A stretch of DNA of 64,000 nt from positions 108,719 to 172,718 of the forward strand of contig JAQUQE010000003.1 in the NCBI GenBank assembly GCA_028716225.1, written 5' to 3'. The DNA is from Dehalococcoidales bacterium (GTDB lineage: Bacteria; Chloroflexota; Dehalococcoidia; Dehalococcoidales; UBA5760). Shown piece after piece: positions 47,522-55,015 of the stretch. Each line of letters opens with the position of its first letter. Within the stretch, counting starts at the first letter, position 1. A program made the position numbers and the translations under genes. Below the pieces are notes generated by a model that worked only from the letters and a program-made list of their open reading frames with translations, was not told the origin of the DNA and ran no database searches.

Positions 47522-48631
47522 ATGCAGGTGAACCGGATTGGTATTCTCAGCGGCGGCGGTGACTGTGCCGGCATCAATCCGGCCATAAAATGGGTGGTCA
47601 AAACGGCCCTGGACGAAAGGCTGCAGCGGGAAAGAGGGCTGCGCTACGAGGTTATCGGCATCCGGGATGGCTGGCGGGGGCTGCTGGAGGTTACTACCCT
47701 GCCGCTTGACCAGGAGATAGTCCGTACCTGGGACCGGTATGGCGGCACCATGCTGGGGACTTCGCGGACCAACCCCGGCAACCCCGAGAACGACCGGACC
47801 CAGACGGTGCTGGACAACATCGAGAAGCTCGGCCTGAGTGCCGTCATCGCCATCGGCGGCGACGATACCCTGAGCGTCGCCTACCGCCTGCATCAGGCCG
47901 GCATAAGTGTCGTCGGTATCCCCAAGACCATCGATAAAGACCTCCCCGAGACCGATTACACCCTCGGCTTCGAGACTGCCGTAAATGTGATTACCGAGGA
48001 AATCGACCGCCTGCGCACTACCGCCGGCTCCCACCAGCGGATTTTCGTCGTGGAGACGATGGGGCGGCACTCCGGCTGGCTGGCCCTGGAGGGCGGCGAG
48101 TCCAGCGGGGCCTTCATCATCCTCATCCCCGAGTGTGATTTCGTGCCGGAGAATATTTACCGGCTGGTCCGGGAGGGCCGGCGGGACGGAGCCAGGTACA
48201 ATATCATTGTAGCCGCCGAGGGTGCCAAGCCGGTCGGCGGCGCCGAGTTCGTCCGGGAGTCCAGCCTCGATGCTTTCGGGCATAAGAAGCTCGGCGGTAT
48301 TGCCGAGGCCCTGGCCCGGGAAATCGAGCGGGCCACCGTTCTCGAGACGCGCAGCGTCAAACTGAGCCATCTCCAGCGGGGCGGAGCGCCCTGTGCCTAC
48401 GACCGCAGGATGGGCCGCTATTTCGGCATTGCTGCGGTCGACCTGGTGACTGCCAACGACTTCGGTAAGATGGTGTGCCTGAAAAACGGACGGATTACCG
48501 CCTGCCCGCTAGAGTGCGTTATCGGCCGCACCGGCTTTGTCGATGTCGCAACGCAGTACGATGCGGAGCGGTATAACGGTCGCCGCACCATACTGGGCGA
48601 CCGAAACAATACGAATAGGAGGCAGCAGTAG
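47522..48631 (+). CDS. pfp: 6-phosphofructokinase, predicted pyrophosphate-dependent
   Basis: PFK family A motifs (IGILSGGGDCAGIN, TMGRHSGWLA, LQRGG). The specificity positions read GGDDT (Asp at the E. coli Gly104 position) and IPKTIDKD (Lys at the Gly124 position). A GGGGGAAGG SD precedes ATG 47522. Confidence 0.8.
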   Translation: MQVNRIGILSGGGDCAGINPAIKWVVKTALDERLQRERGLRYEVIGIRDGWRGLLEVTTLPLDQEIVRTWDRYGGTMLGTSRTNPGNPENDRTQTVLDNIEKLGLSAVIAIGGDDTLSVAYRLHQAGISVVGIPKTIDKDLPETDYTLGFETAVNVITEEIDRLRTTAGSHQRIFVVETMGRHSGWLALEGGESSGAFIILIPECDFVPENIYRLVREGRRDGARYNIIVAAEGAKPVGGAEFVRESSLDAFGHKKLGGIAEALAREIERATVLETRSVKLSHLQRGGAPCAYDRRMGRYFGIAAVDLVTANDFGKMVCLKNGRITACPLECVIGRTGFVDVATQYDAERYNGRRTILGDRNNTNRRQQ

Positions 48632-48633
48632 AA

Positions 48634-49881
48634 ATGAAAAACGAGATTGATGCTCTGGTGAAGGACGCCGTCTTCAGTCCCGACGATGCTATCCGGGCCG
48701 ACTGCCGGCGGCGTATCCGGGAGATTGCCGCCGCTCATGGAGCCTACCCGGCCAGCATCCAGGGTCTGTATCAGGCGGCGGGGAAAGGGCTCTACTCGGG
48801 CAAGTCCGTTCCGGCGATCAATATCCGGGGTATTACCTACCAGGTGGCCCGGGCGGTCTTCAGGGCGGCTCTGGCGCACCGGGTCGGGGCTCTTATCTTC
48901 GAAATTGCCCGCTCCGAGATCGGCTATACCGCCCAGCGTCCGGATGAGTATGCCGTCTGCGTGCTGGCGGCTGCCGTGCGGGAAGGTTTCCGCGGCCCGG
49001 TCTTCCTTCAGGGCGACCACTTTCAGGTAAACGCCAAGAAATTTCAGGCCGGGGCGGATGCCGAGCTCGGCTCCGTCCGGGACTTGATCCGGGAGGCGGT
49101 GGACGCCGGATTCTATAACATCGACATCGATGCCTCGACTCTGGTCGACCTGACCCGGCCGTCGTTGGAAGAGCAGCAGGAAAACAACTGCGTGGTCACC
49201 GCCGATATGACCCGCTTCATCCGCGGCATCGAACCGCCTGGTGTTACCATTTCCGTGGGCGGCGAAATCGGCGAGGTCGGCAAGCAGAACAGCACGGTGG
49301 CGGACCTGCGTGCGTTTATGTCCGGATATCTCGAGCGTCTCGGGCCGGACGTGACCGGCATCTCCAAAATCAGCGTTCAGACCGGGACCGCGCACGGCGG
49401 TGTGGTCATGCCGGACGGTTCGCTGGTCAAGGTGAAGGTTGATTTCGAGACCCTGGAGAAGCTATCCGAAGCGGCGCGGCGGGAATACGGACTGGCCGGA
49501 GCGGTGCAGCACGGAGCCTCGACGCTGCCCGATACGGCTTTCGACAACTTTCCCCGGGTGAACACGGTCGAGGTGCACCTGGCCACCGGATTCCAGAACA
49601 TCATCTACGAGAGTCCTTATTTCCCTGAGGATTTAATGGCTAAAATCAACGCCCACCTCAAGGACAAATACCGGAGCGAGAAAAAGCCCGACGATACCGA
49701 GGACCAGTTCCTGTACAAGACTCGTAAGAAGGCCTTCGGCGATTTCAAGCGTGAGATGTGGGACCTGCCGCCGGAGAACCTGGATAAAATACGGGATACC
49801 CTGGAAGAGCGCTTCGCCCTGCTCTTTCACAAATTAGCGGTCACCGATACCGTGGCGCTGGTCGAACGGTACGTGTCTTAG
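48634..49881 (+). CDS. fba: class II (metal-dependent) fructose/ketose-bisphosphate aldolase family protein, long form
   Basis: 415 aa. PAINIRG, VFLQGDHF, YNIDIDAS, GGEIGEVG and QTGTAHG resemble class II aldolase barrel motifs. Starts 3 nt after the pfp stop. Confidence 0.75.
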   Translation: MKNEIDALVKDAVFSPDDAIRADCRRRIREIAAAHGAYPASIQGLYQAAGKGLYSGKSVPAINIRGITYQVARAVFRAALAHRVGALIFEIARSEIGYTAQRPDEYAVCVLAAAVREGFRGPVFLQGDHFQVNAKKFQAGADAELGSVRDLIREAVDAGFYNIDIDASTLVDLTRPSLEEQQENNCVVTADMTRFIRGIEPPGVTISVGGEIGEVGKQNSTVADLRAFMSGYLERLGPDVTGISKISVQTGTAHGGVVMPDGSLVKVKVDFETLEKLSEAARREYGLAGAVQHGASTLPDTAFDNFPRVNTVEVHLATGFQNIIYESPYFPEDLMAKINAHLKDKYRSEKKPDDTEDQFLYKTRKKAFGDFKREMWDLPPENLDKIRDTLEERFALLFHKLAVTDTVALVERYVS

Positions 49882-51152
49882 GGCCGCACCTGTCCGTTGC
49901 CGAAGATAATCCACTTGTAGCTGGTCAGCTCCTTGAGACCCAGAGGGCCGCGGGCGTGCATCTTCTGCGTGCTGATGCCGACCTCGGCTCCCAGGCCGAA
50001 CTGGCTGCCGTCGGTGAAGCGGGTGCTGGCGTTGACATAGACGCAGGCGGCATCGACCTCGTTCAGGAAGCGCATCGCCGGCTGGTATTCCTCGGTGACA
50101 ATGGCCTCGGAATGGCCGGAGCCGTAGCGCTCAATATGTTCCAGTGCCTCGTCCAGGGAGTTCACCACCTTTACTGCGGCCGTTAGCGACAGGAACTCCT
50201 TTCCCCAGTCCTCCTCGACGGCCGGGACGAGCTTCAGAGAGGGGTCTCTTTTCAGGATGGCTAAAGCCCGCTCGTCGCAGTGCATCTCCACGCTCGCTTT
50301 GGCCCATTCCTTAGCCACCAGCGGCAGATAGCGCCCGGCGATGTCGGTGTGGACGAGCAGGGTATCCAGGGCGTTGCAGACGGTGGGGCGCTGCACCTTG
50401 GCGTTATAGGCTATCGCTACCGCCTGGTCCGGATCGGCGCTGCGGTCTACGTAGGTATGGCAGACTCCTATCCCGCCGCTGACCACGGGCATAGCGGCGT
50501 TTTCGGTGACGAATTTGATCAGCCCGCCGCCGCCGCGGGGGATGATGAGGTCGATAATGCCGCTCATTTTGAGCATATGCCCGACCAGAGAGCGGTCGGT
50601 GTTCTCAATGAACTGTACCGCGCCGTCGGGGATGCCGGCTCTGTCTGCCGCCTCCTGGACCACCCTGGCCAGGGCGCCGGAGGAATGAATTGCCTCCTTG
50701 CCTCCCCGCAGCATAATGGCGTTACCCGACTTCAGGCAGAGGGCGGAGATGTCTATGGTGACGTTGGGGCGGCTTTCGTAGATGGCGCCGATTACCCCCA
50801 GGGGCACCCGTTTTCTGCCCAGCTGCAGACCGTTGGGCAGGGTACGCATATCGAAGACCTCTCCCACTGGGTCGGGCAGAGCGGCCACGGTAAGGACATC
50901 CTGGGCAATGGCCTCGAGGCGTTCGGCGGAGAGCATCAGGCGGTCGAGCATTGCCGTTCCCATCCCGGAGGCTTCGCCAGCCCGGTAGTCGATGCGGTTG
51001 GCTTCCAGTATTTCATCCTTTCTGGCGGACAGGTCGGCGGCGATGTTGCGCAAAGCCTCGTTCTTGACTCCGGTGGAGATGCAGGCCATACGGCGGGAGG
51101 CAGCCTTAACCGCCTTGCCCTTTGCTTCCAGTTCCGCAAGTGGTGATGTCAT
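49878..51152 (-). CDS. proA: glutamate-5-semialdehyde dehydrogenase
   Basis: ALDH-fold ProA motifs (IYESRPNVT, the catalytic CNA in PTVCNALDTLLVH, NASTRFTDG). Confidence 0.93.
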   Translation of the reverse strand: MTSPLAELEAKGKAVKAASRRMACISTGVKNEALRNIAADLSARKDEILEANRIDYRAGEASGMGTAMLDRLMLSAERLEAIAQDVLTVAALPDPVGEVFDMRTLPNGLQLGRKRVPLGVIGAIYESRPNVTIDISALCLKSGNAIMLRGGKEAIHSSGALARVVQEAADRAGIPDGAVQFIENTDRSLVGHMLKMSGIIDLIIPRGGGGLIKFVTENAAMPVVSGGIGVCHTYVDRSADPDQAVAIAYNAKVQRPTVCNALDTLLVHTDIAGRYLPLVAKEWAKASVEMHCDERALAILKRDPSLKLVPAVEEDWGKEFLSLTAAVKVVNSLDEALEHIERYGSGHSEAIVTEEYQPAMRFLNEVDAACVYVNASTRFTDGSQFGLGAEVGISTQKMHARGPLGLKELTSYKWIIFGNGQVRP

Positions 51153-51190
51153 GGTTCTCCCCCCTTATTTCGTCTCTATGCAGCCCTTGA

Positions 51191-51463
51191 TTATCGTTGC
51201 TCGAATTTGCCGCGGCCCTTGAACTGGTAGTGGTAGAGCGGAGGCGTCCCGCTTACTGCCCGGTTGACCCGCTTTATCAGAGAGCATCTGCCCCTGCGTC
51301 CGTCCTTCAGCTCGATAACGTAGCCGTCGCCGTCGTTAAGGCGCCGGTACTCTTTGGGTACCAGTTCTCCCCACCAGCTTACCGGTGATTCATCATGGAA
51401 CCGGTAGTCCACGTCGACGAGAAACTCACTGCCGTCGACCCTGTAAAGTTTTCCGATGTCCAA
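51191..51463 (-). CDS. 90-aa protein of unknown function embedded between proB and proA
   Basis: TTG start with an AGAGAGG SD 6 nt upstream. The start lies 15 nt after the proB stop and the gene ends 38 nt before the proA start. I recognise no family. Confidence 0.5.
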   Translation of the reverse strand: MDIGKLYRVDGSEFLVDVDYRFHDESPVSWWGELVPKEYRRLNDGDGYVIELKDGRRGRCSLIKRVNRAVSGTPPLYHYQFKGRGKFEQR

Positions 51464-51478
51464 AGCGAACCTCTCTTT

Positions 51479-52606
51479 CTAAAGCACTACCAGGTTATTC
51501 CGATGAACCACTTCCGAGCCGTAGTCATAGCCGAGGAGGGTGGTGATCTTCCTGGAGTGTGCACCTTTAATAATACCGATGTCCTGGGAGCTGTAGTTGG
51601 TTATGCCGCAGCCGATACGGGACTTGTCGTGGTCGTAGATATTGACTATGTCGCCCCGCTCGAATCTGCCTTCGGCCCGCTCGATGCCGGCGGCAAGAAG
51701 ACTGCCCCGTTTCTTCAGCGCCGCGGCAGCCCCCGGGTCCACTATCAGCTTGCCCCTGGTGGAAAGGCCGCTGAGCATCCAGCGCTGGCGGCTCTCGAGC
51801 TTGCTGCTGGCGGGCAGGAAGCGGGTGCCGGTTGCCTGGCCGTCGGCCAGCTTCAGTATAATGTCCGGCTCCATGCCGTCGGCGATAACCAGGGTTACTC
51901 CTGAGGCGGTTGCCAGTTTGGCGGCTTCTATCTTGGTGACCATACCGCCGGTGGCCAGGCTGCTCAGTGTGCCGGTGGCCAGACTCTCGATCCGGGCGTC
52001 GATCTTTTCCACCTGGGGAATGAGGGTGGCGTCGGGGTTGCTGCGGGGGTCGGCGGTATACAGCCCGGCGATGTCGGACAGCAGGATGAGCAGGTCGGCA
52101 TCGACCAGGTTGGCCACCATCGCCGACAGGTTGTCGTTATCGCCGAATTTAGCCTCTTTAATCTCTTCGACAGCTACCACGTCGTTCTCGTTGATGACCG
52201 GTATTACCCGGAGCTCGAGCAGGGCGAGCAGGGTATTGCGGGCGTTTAAGTAGCCGGCCCGGTCGATAAGGTCTGCCTTGGCCAGCAGGGCCTGGGCTAC
52301 GGTGATGTCGTGCTGCTGGAAAAGCTGGTCGTAGACATGCATCAGCAGGCTTTGCCCTACCGCGGCCAGCACCTGGCGGTAGGGGATGCCCTTGATTTTC
52401 CGCGACAGTCCCAGCCGGTACTTGCCCAGGGCGATTGAGCCCGAGGAGACAATGATCAGCTCCCGGCCCTGCTTGTGGAGCCGGGCCACCTGATTGACCA
52501 GGCCTGACATTATCTCCTGGTCCAGGTGGTCGCTGCCGCCGGTAAGCAGACCGGTACCGAGCTTGGCCACTATGCGCTTGTATGCTGGCTCCCTGGTTTT
52601 ACCCAT
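51479..52606 (-). CDS. proB: glutamate 5-kinase with C-terminal PUA domain
   Basis: [19 protein letters not shown] and FGDNDNLSA motifs, plus a PUA tail (GKLIVD.GA..AL...[17 protein letters not shown]). Confidence 0.93.
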   Translation of the reverse strand: MGKTREPAYKRIVAKLGTGLLTGGSDHLDQEIMSGLVNQVARLHKQGRELIIVSSGSIALGKYRLGLSRKIKGIPYRQVLAAVGQSLLMHVYDQLFQQHDITVAQALLAKADLIDRAGYLNARNTLLALLELRVIPVINENDVVAVEEIKEAKFGDNDNLSAMVANLVDADLLILLSDIAGLYTADPRSNPDATLIPQVEKIDARIESLATGTLSSLATGGMVTKIEAAKLATASGVTLVIADGMEPDIILKLADGQATGTRFLPASSKLESRQRWMLSGLSTRGKLIVDPGAAAALKKRGSLLAAGIERAEGRFERGDIVNIYDHDKSRIGCGITNYSSQDIGIIKGAHSRKITTLLGYDYGSEVVHRNNLVVL

Positions 52607-52629
52607 CGCACCGCTAACCTGGTGGGGAC

Positions 52630-52710
52630 TTGATTCATTATAGCAAGTGGGGGGAGGTTGGACAAGAGATTGCGAATCTTATCCGGCGGTTGTATCATTA
52701 TAGCCATTGG
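52630..52710 (-). promoter_or_regulatory. two copies of a 21-nt promoter-like motif, 60 nt apart, upstream of proB
   Basis: The plus strand has TTGATTCATTATAGCAAGTGG (52630-52650) and TTGTATCATTATAGCCATTGG (52690-52710). On the minus strand each contains TATAAT. The proximal copy reads TTGTCC-17 nt-TGC-TATAAT (extended -10). Confidence 0.4.
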
Positions 52711-52761
52711 CAGACCCGGTGTCCGGTCCGGTCTGCAGAAAAAGCCCGAGGTTTGATTTCG

Positions 52762-53175
52762 ATGATATGCCCGGTCTGTCAGAGCGATATGATTGTCGTG
52801 GAGCATAACCGCATCGAGCTTGATTACTGTGCTGCGTGCCACGGGGTATGGTTTGATGCCGGCGAACTTGAGTTGCTGCTCGGTTCTCTGGGACTGGATG
52901 GCGCCGGCCGGTTGCTTGGCGATATTCCGGAGGCCGCAGAGGTTGATACCGGAGAGGAGAAGCGCCGGTGCCCCTTCTGCCGCCGCAAGATGAAAAAGGT
53001 AGACCTGGAGAAAAAAGTGCTGGTTGACCTCTGTCCTCAGGGGGAGGGGATATGGTTCGATGGCGGAGAGGTCGGGGAGCTGATTGGCCGTCTGTTTCAA
53101 AAAACACCGCACCAACCGGACGTGCTGCAGAATGCCATCGAATTTCTGGGTGAGGTTATCAAGCCCTGGGAATAA
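52762..53175 (+). CDS. double TFIIB-type zinc-ribbon protein
   Basis: Two modules: CPVC..(17)..CAACHGVWFDAGELELL and CPFC..(16)..CPQGEGIWFDGGEVGELI. ATG 52762 gives the usual N-terminus. The ORF opens at 52630. Confidence 0.7.
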   Translation: MICPVCQSDMIVVEHNRIELDYCAACHGVWFDAGELELLLGSLGLDGAGRLLGDIPEAAEVDTGEEKRRCPFCRRKMKKVDLEKKVLVDLCPQGEGIWFDGGEVGELIGRLFQKTPHQPDVLQNAIEFLGEVIKPWE

Positions 53176-53207
53176 TCTAACGGGATAATATTTACTGGAG
53201 GTGTCCT

Positions 53208-53774
53208 ATGCCTGTAGGAGCGATTGTCGGCATTATCGTGGGGGTGGTACTGGCGATTATCTTCGGGGGGGGATATAACCGGCTGGTCCAGCTGCGCAAC
53301 CAGACCAAGAATGCCTGGTCTCAGATTGACGTTCAGTTGAAGCGGCGCTATGACCTGATTCCCAATCTGGTGGAAACGGTAAAGGGTTACACCAAGCACG
53401 AGCGGGAGACACTAGAGGCGGTAACCAAGGCCCGCAATATCGCCCAGCAGCTTTCTTCTGCCGGTGCTGCGGAGCGGGCTAAGGTGGAGGGTGAATTGAC
53501 TTCGGCCTTAGGTCGGCTGCTGGCCGTGGTGGAAAAGTACCCCGACCTCAAGGCCAATCAGAATTACCTTGCTCTTCAGGAGGAGCTGTCCTCAACCGAG
53601 AACAGGATCAGCTTCGCCCGCCAGTACTACAACGACTCCGTTCTAAAGTACAACAACTCCACCCAGACGATACCCTATAATGTGGTGGCCCGGGCATTCG
53701 GATTCAAGTCCGGAGAATTCTTCGAAGTCACCGCGGCCGGGGAGAGGGAGGCCCCCAAGGTTAGTTTTACTTAG
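53208..53774 (+). CDS. lemA: LemA family protein
   Basis: N-terminal TM helix, then YN.LV.LRN....AWSQIDVQLKRRYDLIPNLVETVKGY..HE..TLE.V..AR and RQYYND, the LemA signature. Confidence 0.9.
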   Translation: MPVGAIVGIIVGVVLAIIFGGGYNRLVQLRNQTKNAWSQIDVQLKRRYDLIPNLVETVKGYTKHERETLEAVTKARNIAQQLSSAGAAERAKVEGELTSALGRLLAVVEKYPDLKANQNYLALQEELSSTENRISFARQYYNDSVLKYNNSTQTIPYNVVARAFGFKSGEFFEVTAAGEREAPKVSFT

Positions 53775-53786
53775 TCGGAAGCTGCC

Positions 53787-54986
53787 ATGTGGGAACAGAT
53801 AAGCTCAAATCGGAGACGCTCGATTGCGCTTACCATCGGTATCGGTGCGATACTGCTCCTGTTGGGCTGGCTGATCGGCTTTTTTTTCTTCGCCAACGGC
53901 TATGCTGGCCTGGTCGTTGCTGTTATCATCTGGGGGATAATGAACCTAGTCGCGCTTTTTCAGGGAGACAGCATCCTGCTTTCGGTATCCAGGGCCAAAA
54001 AGATTACCAAGAGCGACCATCCCCGTCTCTATAACATCGTCGAGGAGATGCAGATTGCCTCCGGGCTGGAAAAGATGCCGGATATCTATATCATCGACGA
54101 CCCGGCTCTCAATGCTTTTGCCACCGGCCGGGACCCGAAACGCGCCAGTGTGGCGATCACCTCCGGTCTGCTCGATAAGCTCAACCGTGATGAGCTTCAG
54201 GGTGTGATCGGTCATGAGATAGCCCATATCAAGAACCGTGATGTCCTGCTTATGGTTATGTGCGGCATCCTGCTCGGCAGCATTGTTATGCTGTCCTGGT
54301 TTGCCTCGAGGGCGCTCCTTTTCGGTGGGGCGCCCCGCAGCCGGAGCAGCTCGTCATCGGGTGGTGGCGGTGGCATAATCCTGATAATAGCTATCGTGCT
54401 TATGATTATCGCCCCCATTGCCGCCCAGATGATCTACTTCGCTATCTCGCGTAAGCGTGAGTACCTGGCCGATGCCTCCTCCGCCCTCTATACCCGCTAC
54501 CCGGAAGGGCTGGCTTCCGCCCTGGAGAAGCTGTCTGCCTCCACTCAGGAGCTGCGCTCCGCCAATAAAGCCACCGCTCCGATGTTCATCGTTAACCCCT
54601 TCCGGAGTAAAGCCAGGGCCGCTACCGACCTGACCAGTACCCACCCGCCCATCTCGGAACGCATCCGCATCCTGCGCTCGATGACGGGAGTCTCCTTCTC
54701 TAACTATGAGCAGGCTTACGAGAAGGTTCGCGGTTCGCGTAAGGCAGTTCTGCCCGGTTCGGCCCTAGCCGGGACCGGTGAGGTGGAAATCCGGGCACCC
54801 AGGCCGGAGCCGGTAGAGCCCTTCCGGGCCGGTATTGAGCGGCGACGTGAGACCTCGGGCGCGCTCTGGCAGATGAACGCCTACAAGACCATCAGCTGCG
54901 ACTGCGGCACCCGGCTCAGGATACCGCCTGCGTTGCAGAACTCAACCGTCAGGTGCCCGCATTGCGGACGGATCAATTCGACCTAG
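53787..54986 (+). CDS. M48-family (HtpX-like) zinc metalloprotease with a C-terminal zinc ribbon
   Basis: TM helices, HEIAHIKNRD (HExxH), a downstream EYLAD, and a terminal CDCG...(14)...CPHCG ribbon. Confidence 0.85.
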   Translation: MWEQISSNRRRSIALTIGIGAILLLLGWLIGFFFFANGYAGLVVAVIIWGIMNLVALFQGDSILLSVSRAKKITKSDHPRLYNIVEEMQIASGLEKMPDIYIIDDPALNAFATGRDPKRASVAITSGLLDKLNRDELQGVIGHEIAHIKNRDVLLMVMCGILLGSIVMLSWFASRALLFGGAPRSRSSSSSGGGGGIILIIAIVLMIIAPIAAQMIYFAISRKREYLADASSALYTRYPEGLASALEKLSASTQELRSANKATAPMFIVNPFRSKARAATDLTSTHPPISERIRILRSMTGVSFSNYEQAYEKVRGSRKAVLPGSALAGTGEVEIRAPRPEPVEPFRAGIERRRETSGALWQMNAYKTISCDCGTRLRIPPALQNSTVRCPHCGRINST

Positions 54987-55015
54987 CTTTGAGTAGCAGC
55001 GGCCTTCCGCTTTTG

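Noticed and set aside
47324-48370. Long antisense ORFs. Examples are the 348-aa ORF at 47324-48370 opposite pfp, and similar shadows at 6582-7490, 26822-27376, 43185-43967, 48418-49395, 50280-51146, 52570-53115 and 55670-56425.
   Set aside because: Each fully overlaps a confidently identified gene on the other strand. Their compositions are Pro/Arg/Gly-rich and low in complexity, as expected for shadow frames. None has an SD or a recognisable motif.
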